Shown piece after piece: positions 1-9,136 of a stretch of 64,000 nt of DNA. The translations under genes were made by a program, and so were the position numbers. The DNA is from Candidatus Nanopelagicales bacterium (lineage in GTDB: Bacteria > Actinomycetota > Actinomycetes > S36-B12). The stretch's first letter is position 1, and each line of letters starts with the position of its first letter. The stretch covers positions 189,942-253,941 of the forward strand of contig JBILLS010000001.1 in assembly GCA_044375955.1 (NCBI GenBank), written 5' to 3'. Below the pieces are notes generated by a model. That model did no database searches, had not been told where the DNA came from, and saw only the letters and a list, made by a program, of their open reading frames with translations.

Positions 1-393
1 ACCAGTGGGCTGCCGCCCGGACACCAACTGCTCGACGCGGTCCACGGCGAAGATGTCGGACCTGCCGTTGAGGATCCGGTTCTCCGTGCGTTCGAGACCG
101 GTGGCTCCGTAGACGAGGGAGTAGAAGCCGGTCACGGGTGCGTAGAGCGGCCCACTGTCGTACTCCCGCAGGTAGGTCAGGGTGTTCCCGGTCTCGACAC
201 TCCGCGCCACGGGATTCGCGCCGACCAGAATCGGGCCGCGCTCGCGGTCGTATTCGGCGAGCAGGATGCGCTGGTTGCCCGGCCGATCCCGGTAATCGTT
301 GGCATTGACCACCTGGATGAGCGTGAGGTTCACGAGCAGTGCAATGAGGAGCAATCCGAACACGAGCGAGAGTCTGCGGATCTGCCGGGGCAT
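1..393 (-). CDS. pbpA: Penicillin-binding protein PbpA-like (class B PBP), N-terminal 131 codons only; the gene continues past the window start
   Basis: Not in the ORF track because it runs off the window. My own minus-strand translation from ATG 391-393 gives MPRQIRRLSLVFGLLLIALLVNLTLIQVVNANDYRDRPGNQRILLAEYDRERGPILVG..., a membrane anchor followed by PBP N-terminal-type sequence. It lies directly downstream of rodA, as in the conserved actinobacterial operon. Confidence 0.75.
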   Translation of the reverse strand, partial: MPRQIRRLSLVFGLLLIALLVNLTLIQVVNANDYRDRPGNQRILLAEYDRERGPILVGANPVARSVETGNTLTYLREYDSGPLYAPVTGFYSLVYGATGLERTENRILNGRSDIFAVDRVEQLVSGRQPTG

Positions 394-398
394 CCCGG

Positions 399-1781
399 TC
401 ACAGCCGCACCACCTGTGTGGGTGCCTCGTCCATCGCGACCACCTGGGCATCGGGGCGGCGTGCGCGGTCGGACATACGCAGGAGCAGAGCGACAATGAT
501 CCAGTTCGCGATCAAGGACGATCCGCCGTAGGAGAGGAACGGTGTGGTGAGACCGGTCAACGGAATGAGACCGGTGACACCCCCGACGATCACGAACACC
601 TGTAGTGCGAAGGTGATCGACAGACCCGCAGCGAGCAACTGCCCGAATCCGTCACGGACTGTCACCGCGGTGCGGAAACCACGCTCCACGAGCAGTGCGT
701 AGAGCATCAGGATCGCGAACAGTCCGGTCACGCCGAGTTCCTCACCGAGGGCGGAGAAGATGAAGTCGGTGTTCGCGAAGGGAACCAGGTTCGGGAACCC
801 CTGCCCGAGGCCCGCGCCGAGCATCCCCCCGTTGGCAAGCCCGTAGAGCGATTGCACGATCTGGTACCCACCGGTGTCGGAGTAGGCGAACGGGTCCAAC
901 CAGATCGTCACCCGCGACTGCACGTGACTGAACACCTGGTACGCCGCGTAGGCGCCGGCGAGGAACAGCACTCCGCCGATGATCAACCAGGAGCGGCGCT
1001 GCGTGGCGATGTAGAGCATCGACACGAAGAGGCCGAAGAACAGCAGCGACGTTCCGAGGTCGCGCTCGAAAACCAACACCCCCAGCGAGACCAGCCACGC
1101 GATCAGGATCGGACCGAGATCCTTCAACCGAGGCAGGTCGATGCCAAGCACCTTCGTGCGCACCAGCGCCAGTGAATCCCGCGTGACCACGAGGTAGCCG
1201 GCGAAGAAGATGGTCAGGAAGATCTTCGCCATCTCCGCGGGCTGGAAGGAAAATCCCGCGATGCGTATCCACAGGGTGGCTCCGTTCACCGTCGTGCCGA
1301 TCACCGGTGCCAGGGGGAGCACCAACAGCACCAAACCGATGAGCCCGAAGGTGAACGTGTAGCGCTGGAGGCGGCGATGGTCCGGCAGCAGGATCAGCAG
1401 CGCGATGAACAGGATCACCGCGATCGCGAACCAGGTGAGCTGCGAATAGACGTCGGGTGTGGGGGGCGGTGAGTCGTTGAGTTCGGCTCGCCGCGCGGTC
1501 GCGACGTCGATCCGGTAGATCATGATCAAGCCGAGGATCGTCAACAGGGTTGCGACGGGAAGCAGGATCGGATCGGCGTAGCGAGCCCAGACACTCACCG
1601 CCACGTGCATGAGTAGTGCAAGCCCACCGACCACTGCGACCGTGATCCAGAGTCGGCTCGGTGTGCCCTCGCCGGTGGCCGCGCCGACCTGCAGTGTTCC
1701 CAGGACACCGAGGGCCCAGGCGAAGAGCAGCAGGATGAGTTCGACCCACCTGCGCGTGGGTTGGCGGCGAACCACGGTCAT
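399..1781 (-). CDS. rodA: FtsW/RodA/SpoVE family peptidoglycan polymerase (RodA)
   Basis: ORF track 460 aa, polytopic. Family-typical C-terminal block GLGQGFPNLVPFANTDFIFSALGEELG...LTGLTTPFLSYGGSS. Its start overlaps the pstP stop by 4 nt. Confidence 0.9.
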   Translation of the reverse strand: MTVVRRQPTRRWVELILLLFAWALGVLGTLQVGAATGEGTPSRLWITVAVVGGLALLMHVAVSVWARYADPILLPVATLLTILGLIMIYRIDVATARRAELNDSPPPTPDVYSQLTWFAIAVILFIALLILLPDHRRLQRYTFTFGLIGLVLLVLPLAPVIGTTVNGATLWIRIAGFSFQPAEMAKIFLTIFFAGYLVVTRDSLALVRTKVLGIDLPRLKDLGPILIAWLVSLGVLVFERDLGTSLLFFGLFVSMLYIATQRRSWLIIGGVLFLAGAYAAYQVFSHVQSRVTIWLDPFAYSDTGGYQIVQSLYGLANGGMLGAGLGQGFPNLVPFANTDFIFSALGEELGVTGLFAILMLYALLVERGFRTAVTVRDGFGQLLAAGLSITFALQVFVIVGGVTGLIPLTGLTTPFLSYGGSSLIANWIIVALLLRMSDRARRPDAQVVAMDEAPTQVVRL

Positions 1782-3118
1782 TCGACCGCCTCGGTGTTAT
1801 CGAGTGTGCCGGGGCAGCCCTGGGGTGGGAAGGACTTCAAACACTCCGCGGCCCGCGCTTCGAGTTCACTCACGATCCGCTGGGCGTCGGTGAAGTCCGC
1901 TGCCGGAATTCCTTTGCTCACCAACTCCTGGTCGAACACGGGCATCGCACCGACAGCCAGACCGGAATCGGTATCGACCTGCGACAGGGGGAAACCGGCC
2001 AGGGTCCCCTGCACACCGCGATAGATCGCCACGGTTCCCGTGCCCGGGCTGCCGTTGATCGCCACATACCACTGGGAGTCGAGCCATGCGCGCGCACCAC
2101 TGAGTGCCGCCACGGTCACCGCGGCGACAATCGCCACCGCTACGACGAACCCGACGATGCGGCGACGGCGCTGCGTGCGCTCGGCCGCGGCGACGGACGC
2201 CTGCGCTGCATCACGACGTGCCTGCTCTGCCGCCGGAACGATGATGTCCGAATCGATCAAGGGTTGCGGTGCCGTGGTGTCGGCACGGTCAGGGTCACGC
2301 TGGTGGTCCTGGGGGAATCGCACGCGCGGAAGCCGCTGCCGCACGCGGGGCTCACCGGCAGCACCCACCACGACGGGAACACCACCGAAAGGCGCGACGT
2401 CGCCCTCGACGACATCGGCGACCACCACGGTGACGTTGTCCGGTGCACCGCGCTCGAGTGCGGTGTCCACCAGTCGCGTCACGCACCCGGTCGGATCACC
2501 GGTACCCAGGATCCACGCCAGCTCCGAGTCCCGCACCACACCGGAGAGTCCGTCGGTGCAGATCATGTAGCGGTCTCCCACGCGCGCCTCGCGCACGGAG
2601 AGATCGGCCTCCACCGGGTTCAAGCCATCGAGGGCACGCATCAACAGGGAACGCCGGGGATGCACGGCCGCCTCGTCTTCGGTGATACGGCCGGAGTCCA
2701 CCAGGGTCTGCACGAAGGTGTGGTCGTGGGTGAGTTGATGCAGTTCGCCATCGCGGAGCAGATAGGCACGCGAGTCACCCACGTGCACGATCGCGATCCG
2801 ACCACCGAGCCAATACATGCCGGTGACGGTCGTTCCCATCCCGGTGAGATCGGTTTCGAGCGCGATGGTTTCACTGATGGTGGTGCCGACATCGTCGATG
2901 GACGAAGCGAGTGAGGCGAGCACTTCAGACTGGTCGACGTCGTCGAGGTCGAGATTCGCAACGGTGGCCACCGCGATCGCGGATGCGAGTTCGCCAGCGG
3001 CGTGACCCCCCATCCCGTCGGCGACGAGGAGCAGACGCGGTCCGGCATAGCCGGAGTCCTCGTTGCCCTGCCGGACGAGACCGACATCGGAGCGCGCGGC
3101 GTACCGGAGGACAGGCAT
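1778..3118 (-). CDS. pstP: PP2C-family Ser/Thr phosphatase PstP with C-terminal TM segment and extracellular domain
   Basis: ORF track 446 aa. PP2C motifs RQGNEDS, LLLVADGMGGHAAGELAS, ICTDGLS and DNVTVVVADV. One TM segment (IVGFVVAVAIVAAVTVAAL). Confidence 0.9.
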   Translation of the reverse strand: MPVLRYAARSDVGLVRQGNEDSGYAGPRLLLVADGMGGHAAGELASAIAVATVANLDLDDVDQSEVLASLASSIDDVGTTISETIALETDLTGMGTTVTGMYWLGGRIAIVHVGDSRAYLLRDGELHQLTHDHTFVQTLVDSGRITEDEAAVHPRRSLLMRALDGLNPVEADLSVREARVGDRYMICTDGLSGVVRDSELAWILGTGDPTGCVTRLVDTALERGAPDNVTVVVADVVEGDVAPFGGVPVVVGAAGEPRVRQRLPRVRFPQDHQRDPDRADTTAPQPLIDSDIIVPAAEQARRDAAQASVAAAERTQRRRRIVGFVVAVAIVAAVTVAALSGARAWLDSQWYVAINGSPGTGTVAIYRGVQGTLAGFPLSQVDTDSGLAVGAMPVFDQELVSKGIPAADFTDAQRIVSELEARAAECLKSFPPQGCPGTLDNTEAVE

Positions 3119-3121
3119 GGC

Positions 3122-3601
3122 CTACTTCTGCATCTGCAGGGTGGTGCGACCCACCCGGATCGATGTGTTGAGCGGGATAACGGCCGGTGCCGTAATCCGG
3201 GCGCGGTCCAGCCAGGTGCCGTTGGTGGAACCGAGGTCCTCCACCATCCACACACCCTCAGACTCGAATATGCGTGCGTGTCGGCTGGAGGCGTAGTCGT
3301 CGTCGACCACGATGGTGGAGTCCGGTGCGCGGCCGAGGGAGATCTGTGCACCGTCGAGCGGGATCTCCGTGCCGGTCAGTGGACCCTCGGTGATGACCAG
3401 GCGTGTGCCCTTGACCTTCTTCCCGCGCGATGCGCGCGGTGGTTTCGCGGGCTTGGGGGCGCGAGTCTTCACCGCACGCTCGGGCCGAGCGTCGACGGGC
3501 ATGCGGAGGTCGCGCCGCAGCGCCCACACGGTGACGAGCACGAACACCCACAGGAGCCCGAGGAAAGCGAAGCGCAGCAGGGTGAGCGCGAGCTCGGACA
3601 T
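3122..3601 (-). CDS. fhaB: FHA-domain protein FhaB/FipA
   Basis: 159 aa. N-terminal TM segment, then a C-terminal FHA domain (ISLGRAPDSTIVVDDDYASSRHARI...DLGSTNGTWL). Its ATG overlaps the fhaA stop. Confidence 0.85.
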   Translation of the reverse strand: MSELALTLLRFAFLGLLWVFVLVTVWALRRDLRMPVDARPERAVKTRAPKPAKPPRASRGKKVKGTRLVITEGPLTGTEIPLDGAQISLGRAPDSTIVVDDDYASSRHARIFESEGVWMVEDLGSTNGTWLDRARITAPAVIPLNTSIRVGRTTLQMQK

Positions 3602-4341
3602 CAGCCGCTCCGGAAGACCAGCGTGGTTCCGCCCAGTTGGATCGCCGTTCCATCGGTGAGGACGAGTTCGGTCACCCGTGCACCGTTCACCCAGGTGCCG
3701 TTGGTGGACCCGAGGTCGCGCAGCACGATGTCTGTGCCCAACACGATCTCGCAGTGGTGCCGCGAGACTCCAGGGTCATCAATGCGGATGTCGGTGTCGG
3801 TGCCACGCCCCAGGCGGGTGATGGCACGCGCCAACGGGTAGAGCGAGCCGTTGATCTCGAGTTGGGGCTGTGCGGTGGGTGCGCTGCCACCCGAGCCCGC
3901 AACCCCCGTAGCCACACCCTCGGCGGACGGAGAGTTCACCGTGGCAACTGCCGGGACAGCCGAGACCACCTCGGCACGCGATTCTGACCGCACCCGGAAG
4001 ATCCCAGTCTCGAGAGAGTCGTCCTCGGTCATGGTCACCCGCACGGATCCCAGCAGGGTGTAGCGCTGCTCACCCGCGTAGTCGCGCACGAGAGTCGCCA
4101 ATTCGGTTCCGAGGGCATCCTTGAACACGGCGAGGCGCGTGAAGTCGTGGTGGGAGAGCTCGATGTGGAAGATGTTCGGGACCACAGTGCGCTCCCGGTC
4201 GAGCACGCTGGCGCGATCGTTCATCTCACGTTGCAGGGCTGCGGCCAACTCCACCGGCTGGACCTCAGCCTTGAAGGCCTTGGCGAACGCCCCACTGACC
4301 ATGCGGTCGAGGGAGTCCTCGAACTTCTCCAGCAGGCCCAT
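3601..4341 (-). CDS. fhaA: FHA-domain protein FhaA (DUF3662-type N-terminus + FHA)
   Basis: I use the internal ATG at 4339-4341 of ORF 3601..4449 (MGLLEKFEDSLDRMVSGAFAKAF...), because the longer ORF would overlap the end of the upstream gene. C-terminal FHA domain (TRLGRGTDTDIRIDDPGVSRHHCEI...DLGSTNGTWVNG). Confidence 0.85.
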   Translation of the reverse strand: MGLLEKFEDSLDRMVSGAFAKAFKAEVQPVELAAALQREMNDRASVLDRERTVVPNIFHIELSHHDFTRLAVFKDALGTELATLVRDYAGEQRYTLLGSVRVTMTEDDSLETGIFRVRSESRAEVVSAVPAVATVNSPSAEGVATGVAGSGGSAPTAQPQLEINGSLYPLARAITRLGRGTDTDIRIDDPGVSRHHCEIVLGTDIVLRDLGSTNGTWVNGARVTELVLTDGTAIQLGGTTLVFRSG

Positions 4342-4415
4342 GCCTGTGATGGTACTTGCCTGCGAGGAAAACAAGGCGCGAGCGGCGGGAGCGCCGCGTG
4401 CGCAACCTAGAAGTT

Positions 4416-7400
4416 TTAGTCCACCCGGATCACTGACATGTCGATCCACTCCGAGGGTGGCAGACCGGAGTCGTCGATCGCTCGGACCTGGAACCGTGCA
4501 CCGCCGGGGAACGGACCCTGCTGCGAAGCAGCCGACACCGACATCGGGGTGTCGTAGGGGAACAGTGTTGCGTTCGCAGCCGGCGTCGTTGTCGAGCTTA
4601 GGTCAAACAGGAAGCGGGCGAATTCCCACGTGACGCCATCGGTCGAGTATCGGATCTGGTAGGCGCTGCCAGGGAATCGTGTGCTGCGAGAGTTCGTAGG
4701 CGGCGAGACGTTCGTGTAGAGCTCCCCAGTCCGAAAAAGGCCGAATGCAGGCGTCACGCGCGGAGCACCGAGTTGACCTTGAATCAGTAACGGACTCGAG
4801 GCCGCGAAGATCGATTTCGCCTGCGACTTCAACACCGTCCGCACTCGGGCGGTGATCGTCTCCCCGGCACTCAGATTGAGATCCTTCGAGGAGTCGAAGG
4901 CGACCTTGAGCGCGGTTGCTCTCTCCGCCACGGTCACCCACGTCCCGGATGCCGTGTTCTGCACCTGCACCTCGTAGCCGTCGATCAGTTGCGAACGCAT
5001 GTTCGGTGCGGACCAGACAACCTCGCCCCTGCTGCCGCGCACTCCGACGATGACATCACTCGGTGGAGCGGCATCGCTGCGCAACAAGGTCACTCGTTGC
5101 TGGGCGGAGGGGCCCGTAGTTGCTCCCCTGCGCGCTGCAACCTGGAATTCGTAGGTGCCAGGCCCCTCACCGAGGACCATGCTGGCTGTGAAGGTTCCCC
5201 CATCCGACGTGCCGTTCGCGATCACGGAGCAGCGTGCACCCTTGCAGAACGACCAGCTGTAGGAGTAGCCGTCGACGCCCGCCTGCTTCGCGTTGAAGGG
5301 CGCAGCCCACGTTGCCGTGGCGTCCGCCTTGTTGCTGACTCCGTAGGAGAGATCGATATCGACGATCACCGGTGCCACGGGCGAGATTGACGGACCCGCA
5401 GGATCACTGGGAACCGTGGATGTAGGTCCCGCGGTAAGTGGGGGCCCATCGATACGCATCGGCATCGGCCCCACGGAGACGGGTGTGCTGGCGGTGATCG
5501 CGGTGCATGCCTGGAACAGGTCGCACGTCCTCGAGCCGAGTCCGGTGAAGTATCCCGGCGTGGTGGAGAGTGGTGCGGCACCGACATCGCCGGCCCACAC
5601 GATCGAGAAGTTGTTCGCGCCCTTGTTGAATTGGCAGACGGTGACACCCGCCATCGTCTGGAAGCATCGCTGGAACTGCGCACCCACCAGCCAGTCGTAC
5701 GTCACGTTCCAGGCTTGCCGCTCCGAGGGTGTGTTCCGGGTGAATTGGATTCCGAGCTTGTTGTCGCCCGCCTTCGTCCAGACGAACCAGAAGGTGGAGT
5801 CAAAGTCATACCGGACGGAATCGATGTACGTCCGGGAGAGCAGGGTCATCGCATTCGCCCCGGTGATGTCCACCCGTGTCTCGCCGAGTCCGGCGAGGCC
5901 GTAGTTGACCTCGGTGTCGAACACGCGACTCTGCGGGGCCCCAGCCAGGGCGAGCATCGCCCGGAATTGACCGATGCCCTTGAGCCGATCATCGGCACCC
6001 CCCGAGGCGGTGGGGTACGAGTGCACCGAGTAGGCATCGACGGGCCAGCCGAGTTTGCCGAGTGCGGCGAGATAGTCCGGGTAGAAGTTCCCGAAGGAGC
6101 CCGTCGCTCGGCTGGTGGTGTTCGCTGCGACCACGAGGGCGTTCGGGTTGCAGGCACGGATCTCTTCGAAGGCGGCCTTGGTCAGTTCTGCCATCTGCTC
6201 GGCTGTTCCGGTCCAGAACGTCGTGAGGTTGGCTTCGTTCCAGATCTCATACGCCGAGATGGAAGCTCCATATTTCACGCAGACGGACTTCACGTAGTTG
6301 CGCCAGGAGTCCACCTTGGGCGGCGCGGTGATCGCACCATTCCCTGCCCAGGCCGGGGTCCCGCCGAGGACGAGCATGACTCGAGCGTCGAGGAGTTGCC
6401 CCATTTCGATCTGCTTATCGAGGAACCGCCACTGCCAGTTGCCGGGTGTGGGCTCGAGATCACGCCACGTGGTCTGCGTATCCCATAGACGCAGATAGCC
6501 GACGGGGACATTCGGAATCGTCTCCGTCAGGATCGGCCCGTTGAATCCGGTGGCGACATCACTGACCCAGTCCGCCGGAGCGTGCATACCGAACAGGAAA
6601 CGATTGACCGGGGGCCGGATTGGAGTTCCATAACCGGAGAGCACCGCATTGCTCGTAGGGGGCTCCGACGACGCCGTCACAGGGATGATCTTGATCCCGT
6701 AGGCCTCTGCCTGGTTGGGAACGTTGAAGGTGCTTGCGCAGGGGTTAACGGTGGGGAGGATCGTGATCGGCATCGGCCGGCTCATTTTCCCGCTGTTCAT
6801 GTATGGGATGGTCTTGCCGTTGATGCGGACTGAGTTGGACGCCGCGCATTGAGAGATCGTCACCGCGAAGTTCCCAGCCGTCCCTGGGCTCAGACTCAGA
6901 CCCCAGGACTTCGCGTTGAGAAGCGTCGCCACCGTCCAGCTGTCGAAAATCCCGGGATTCCGTGCGCGAAGCAGATTTAACTCTCGCTCGAGGGGATCCT
7001 GGTTGACCGTTCCGGCGTCCATGAGATTGTTGAGCAGGCCGATGTACTTGATGCTCTTTATGGTGAACGCCTGATACTGCAGTGAGTTCAGGTCACCCAC
7101 GTAGATGCCGCGTGTGGACTTCTGTGGCTTGAGGACCGAATCCGCGTAGGCCTTCCGCTGCGCGGGAGTCCATCCGTAGGCACCCTGCGCATACACGTAC
7201 TTGTCCGGGAGTAGCTTCCCGATGCGAACCTGGCTGGCCTGCGTCACCTTGGTCAACCCGAAGTCCGCCATCCACTCCCCACCGGACAAAGCGCACTTCG
7301 CGCCGATCCGTGGCTTCTTCGATGCGAGCGCGATCAGCACCCGGTTACGCCAGGTGCAGCCCCGACTGTCCTTCTTCTTCAGATCCGCGGGTGACAGGAA

Positions 7401-7607
7401 GAGGCCCGGCGTGTAGCCCACCGGGAGTGGTTCGACGATCGGCGTCTCCGCCAGGATCTCCGCTGGCGTTCCCTGGATACGGGCCGGGGACGCCGGGAGC
7501 ACCGTCGACACCGTCGTTGGCGAGACGGGTTCGACCGCCCAGGAGGGTGCCACGAGGCCGCCGAGGGCGAGAGCGCCGACGGCAACGGAGGCGAGGAGCC
7601 TTGTCAC
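4416..7607 (-). CDS. Secreted multidomain glycoside hydrolase: degenerate DUF1524-like N-module, clan GH-A catalytic core, three FN3-like modules
   Basis: 1063 aa, GTG start. Signal peptide MTRLLASVAVGALALGGLVAPSWA. GH-A signatures ISAYEIWNEANL (acid/base NE) and RVFDTEVNYG (nucleophile E). FN3-like repeats (DGYSYSW, IDGYEVQVQ, YQIRYSTDG). Confidence 0.7.
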   Translation of the reverse strand: MTRLLASVAVGALALGGLVAPSWAVEPVSPTTVSTVLPASPARIQGTPAEILAETPIVEPLPVGYTPGLFLSPADLKKKDSRGCTWRNRVLIALASKKPRIGAKCALSGGEWMADFGLTKVTQASQVRIGKLLPDKYVYAQGAYGWTPAQRKAYADSVLKPQKSTRGIYVGDLNSLQYQAFTIKSIKYIGLLNNLMDAGTVNQDPLERELNLLRARNPGIFDSWTVATLLNAKSWGLSLSPGTAGNFAVTISQCAASNSVRINGKTIPYMNSGKMSRPMPITILPTVNPCASTFNVPNQAEAYGIKIIPVTASSEPPTSNAVLSGYGTPIRPPVNRFLFGMHAPADWVSDVATGFNGPILTETIPNVPVGYLRLWDTQTTWRDLEPTPGNWQWRFLDKQIEMGQLLDARVMLVLGGTPAWAGNGAITAPPKVDSWRNYVKSVCVKYGASISAYEIWNEANLTTFWTGTAEQMAELTKAAFEEIRACNPNALVVAANTTSRATGSFGNFYPDYLAALGKLGWPVDAYSVHSYPTASGGADDRLKGIGQFRAMLALAGAPQSRVFDTEVNYGLAGLGETRVDITGANAMTLLSRTYIDSVRYDFDSTFWFVWTKAGDNKLGIQFTRNTPSERQAWNVTYDWLVGAQFQRCFQTMAGVTVCQFNKGANNFSIVWAGDVGAAPLSTTPGYFTGLGSRTCDLFQACTAITASTPVSVGPMPMRIDGPPLTAGPTSTVPSDPAGPSISPVAPVIVDIDLSYGVSNKADATATWAAPFNAKQAGVDGYSYSWSFCKGARCSVIANGTSDGGTFTASMVLGEGPGTYEFQVAARRGATTGPSAQQRVTLLRSDAAPPSDVIVGVRGSRGEVVWSAPNMRSQLIDGYEVQVQNTASGTWVTVAERATALKVAFDSSKDLNLSAGETITARVRTVLKSQAKSIFAASSPLLIQGQLGAPRVTPAFGLFRTGELYTNVSPPTNSRSTRFPGSAYQIRYSTDGVTWEFARFLFDLSSTTTPAANATLFPYDTPMSVSAASQQGPFPGGARFQVRAIDDSGLPPSEWIDMSVIRVD

Positions 7608-7694
7608 TGAAGTAAGTGTGAACCCACCCCGAAATCATCAGCCCGGCGGGGGCTCTGCTCTCGCCTGTATCCTTGGCCAGCCCCCAGGGGCATC

Positions 7695-7781
7695 GCGCGA
7701 GTGGCGGAATAGGCAGACGCGCACGGTTCAGGTCCGTGTACTCGAAAGGGTGTGGGGGTTCAACTCCCCCCTCGCGCACCA
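7695..7781 (+). tRNA. leuT: tRNA-Leu (anticodon CAG at 7729-7731), type II with long variable arm, encoded CCA
   Basis: Hand-folded. Acceptor stem gcgcgag/ctcgcgc. Anticodon stem cacgg/ccgtg with loop ttCAGgt. Long variable arm tactcgaaagggtgt. T arm ggggg-ttcaact-ccccc. Ends in the discriminator a plus cca. Confidence 0.9.
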
Positions 7782-7786
7782 GACAG

Positions 7787-7807
7787 GGCCCCGGCGTTAC
7801 CGGGGCC
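7787..7807. terminator. GC-rich hairpin between tRNA-Leu and the convergent small ORF (possible bidirectional terminator)
   Basis: ggccccgg-cgtta-ccggggcc: 8-bp perfect stem, 5-nt loop, followed by ttcgtcatcttc. Confidence 0.45.
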
Positions 7808-7832
7808 TTCGTCATCTTCAGTGAGCGAACAG

Positions 7833-8087
7833 TCAGTTCGTGACTATCCAGGTCGATCCGCCGGTATTTACGAGATTCCTTCGACAGCCCCAGCCACCAT
7901 GGCCGTTATTGACCCATGGTTCCCAGCCCTTGACCCAGCCCCCGATGGCGAGCGTCCCGTAGCCAGCCTGCTTGTTCGCCTCGGCGGTGATGTCCGTGCA
8001 GGATCCAGATTCAGGCATCGGCAGGGCCTGGTAGTAGGTCGTCCACTGTGACGCATCCAGGGGGTCAGTGGTGGCCACACTGGTCAT
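7833..8087 (-). CDS. Hypothetical small Gly/Trp-rich protein (84 aa), no signal peptide
   Basis: ORF track only. GGWVKGWEPWVNNGHGGWGCRRNLVNTGGSTW, two Cys. I recognise no family. Confidence 0.3.
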   Translation of the reverse strand: MTSVATTDPLDASQWTTYYQALPMPESGSCTDITAEANKQAGYGTLAIGGWVKGWEPWVNNGHGGWGCRRNLVNTGGSTWIVTN

Positions 8088-8223
8088 GACGCGATCGCCA
8101 GTCCCGTTCCCACTCCCGACTCCCCCGGGCGAAGGGTATTCCCTCGCGTCCCGGGCTCCGGTATGCCCCGCTCGGCGGCGCCAGGAGATGACGTCACGTG
8201 GGATCGGGTGCGCAGCAAGACCA

Positions 8224-8251
8224 CAGCCCCCCGAGGGGAATCGGGGGGCTG
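8224..8251 (-). terminator. Hairpin downstream of the fasciclin gene
   Basis: cagccccccg-aggggaat-cggggggctg: 10-bp perfect stem, 20 nt beyond the stop at 8272. Confidence 0.5.
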
Positions 8252-8271
8252 CGGTGGAGGGGTGGGTGCGA

Positions 8272-8913
8272 CTACGGGTTCATCGGCAGGAGCACCGCGT
8301 CGATGCCGTGCGCCACCTGCTTGTTGCCCTTGTTGATGTCGACCTGATCGAGGATCACCTTTGGGTTGGGCAGCTTGGTCGCCCGATCCACCAGGGTGAT
8401 GCTCGGTGCCGAGGTGTTCACCCGGACACCGACCGTCTTGCCGTCGAGTGCGGTCTTGAGCTTGGCACCGTTGGCCTTGAGCGCGGCTTCGGACAGGATC
8501 GCCGGGCCGGGCACCACGTGGTACTGCAGAACCTGCTCGACCGTCGGGATGCCGAGTCCCGCGACGGCCTTGAACGCCGCGTTCTCGGTCGACACCTTCT
8601 TTCCGGTCAACGCCGAGGCCAGGTTGATGAATGCCTGGTCGTTCGGGATGAACGCGGTGACGGCGGTGTTGCCGTCGGCGAGCACCTTGACCGGGGAGTT
8701 CGGCTTGGCCGCGAGGACGGCCTCGACTGCCTTGGTCAGGATGTCGTAGTCGGCGAAGTCCTTATCGAACTTGGCCTGGCCCGCCTTGAGGACGGACGCG
8801 AGAGAGGTGGTGCCGTCTGCAGCCTGGGCCGCCGGGGCGGCCAGGAGCGAGAGGGCAAGGGCGCCCGCGGCAGTGCCGACCGCCGCGGCCCGGGTGATGA
8901 GCGATGTACGCAT
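8272..8913 (-). CDS. Secreted fasciclin (FAS1) domain protein, MPT70/MPT83-like
   Basis: 213 aa. Signal peptide ending AAPAAQA. FAS1 motifs [10 protein letters not shown] and [12 protein letters not shown] aaggag sits upstream of the ATG. Confidence 0.85.
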   Translation of the reverse strand: MRTSLITRAAAVGTAAGALALSLLAAPAAQAADGTTSLASVLKAGQAKFDKDFADYDILTKAVEAVLAAKPNSPVKVLADGNTAVTAFIPNDQAFINLASALTGKKVSTENAAFKAVAGLGIPTVEQVLQYHVVPGPAILSEAALKANGAKLKTALDGKTVGVRVNTSAPSITLVDRATKLPNPKVILDQVDINKGNKQVAHGIDAVLLPMNP

Positions 8914-8971
8914 TGCTTCTCCTTATGGATGGCCGCCCGGGTGGGCGGTGTTAACAGGTATTCGCTCGTGG

Positions 8972-8997
8972 GGAACCCCGTGGATGCACCGGCCGTC
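8972..8997 (+). promoter_or_regulatory. Candidate ECF-type promoter upstream of the sigma factor gene
   Basis: GGAAC (8972-8976), 17-nt spacer, CGTC (8994-8997) in the divergent intergenic region. Motif resemblance only. Confidence 0.3.
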
Positions 8998-9136
8998 GAA
9001 ATTCCAACCGGCATCGCTCGATCGTGAGGCGTCAACACCCGTGGAATCTGAAGACGACAAGCGCATCCAAAGAGGCCTCCGGCGCCGAAAGAGGGGTGTG
9101 ACCCCGGCCGGCAGCCCGAGCGTGGCGACACTCGCT

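Noticed and set aside
742-1749. 335-aa ORF in an alternative frame of rodA, plus 852..1175 on the + strand
   Set aside because: The rodA frame gives a polytopic FtsW/RodA protein with conserved blocks. The alternative frames give Arg/Pro-rich nonsense.
4342-4449. Longer fhaA start at 4449
   Set aside because: It would overlap the 3' end of the upstream hydrolase gene. MGLLEKFEDSL at 4341 matches the usual FhaA N-terminus.
7782-8271. Possible integrated mobile element at the 3' end of tRNA-Leu
   Set aside because: There is no integrase or recombinase gene, and I could see no direct repeat of the tRNA 3' end nearby. The downstream genes look chromosomal.
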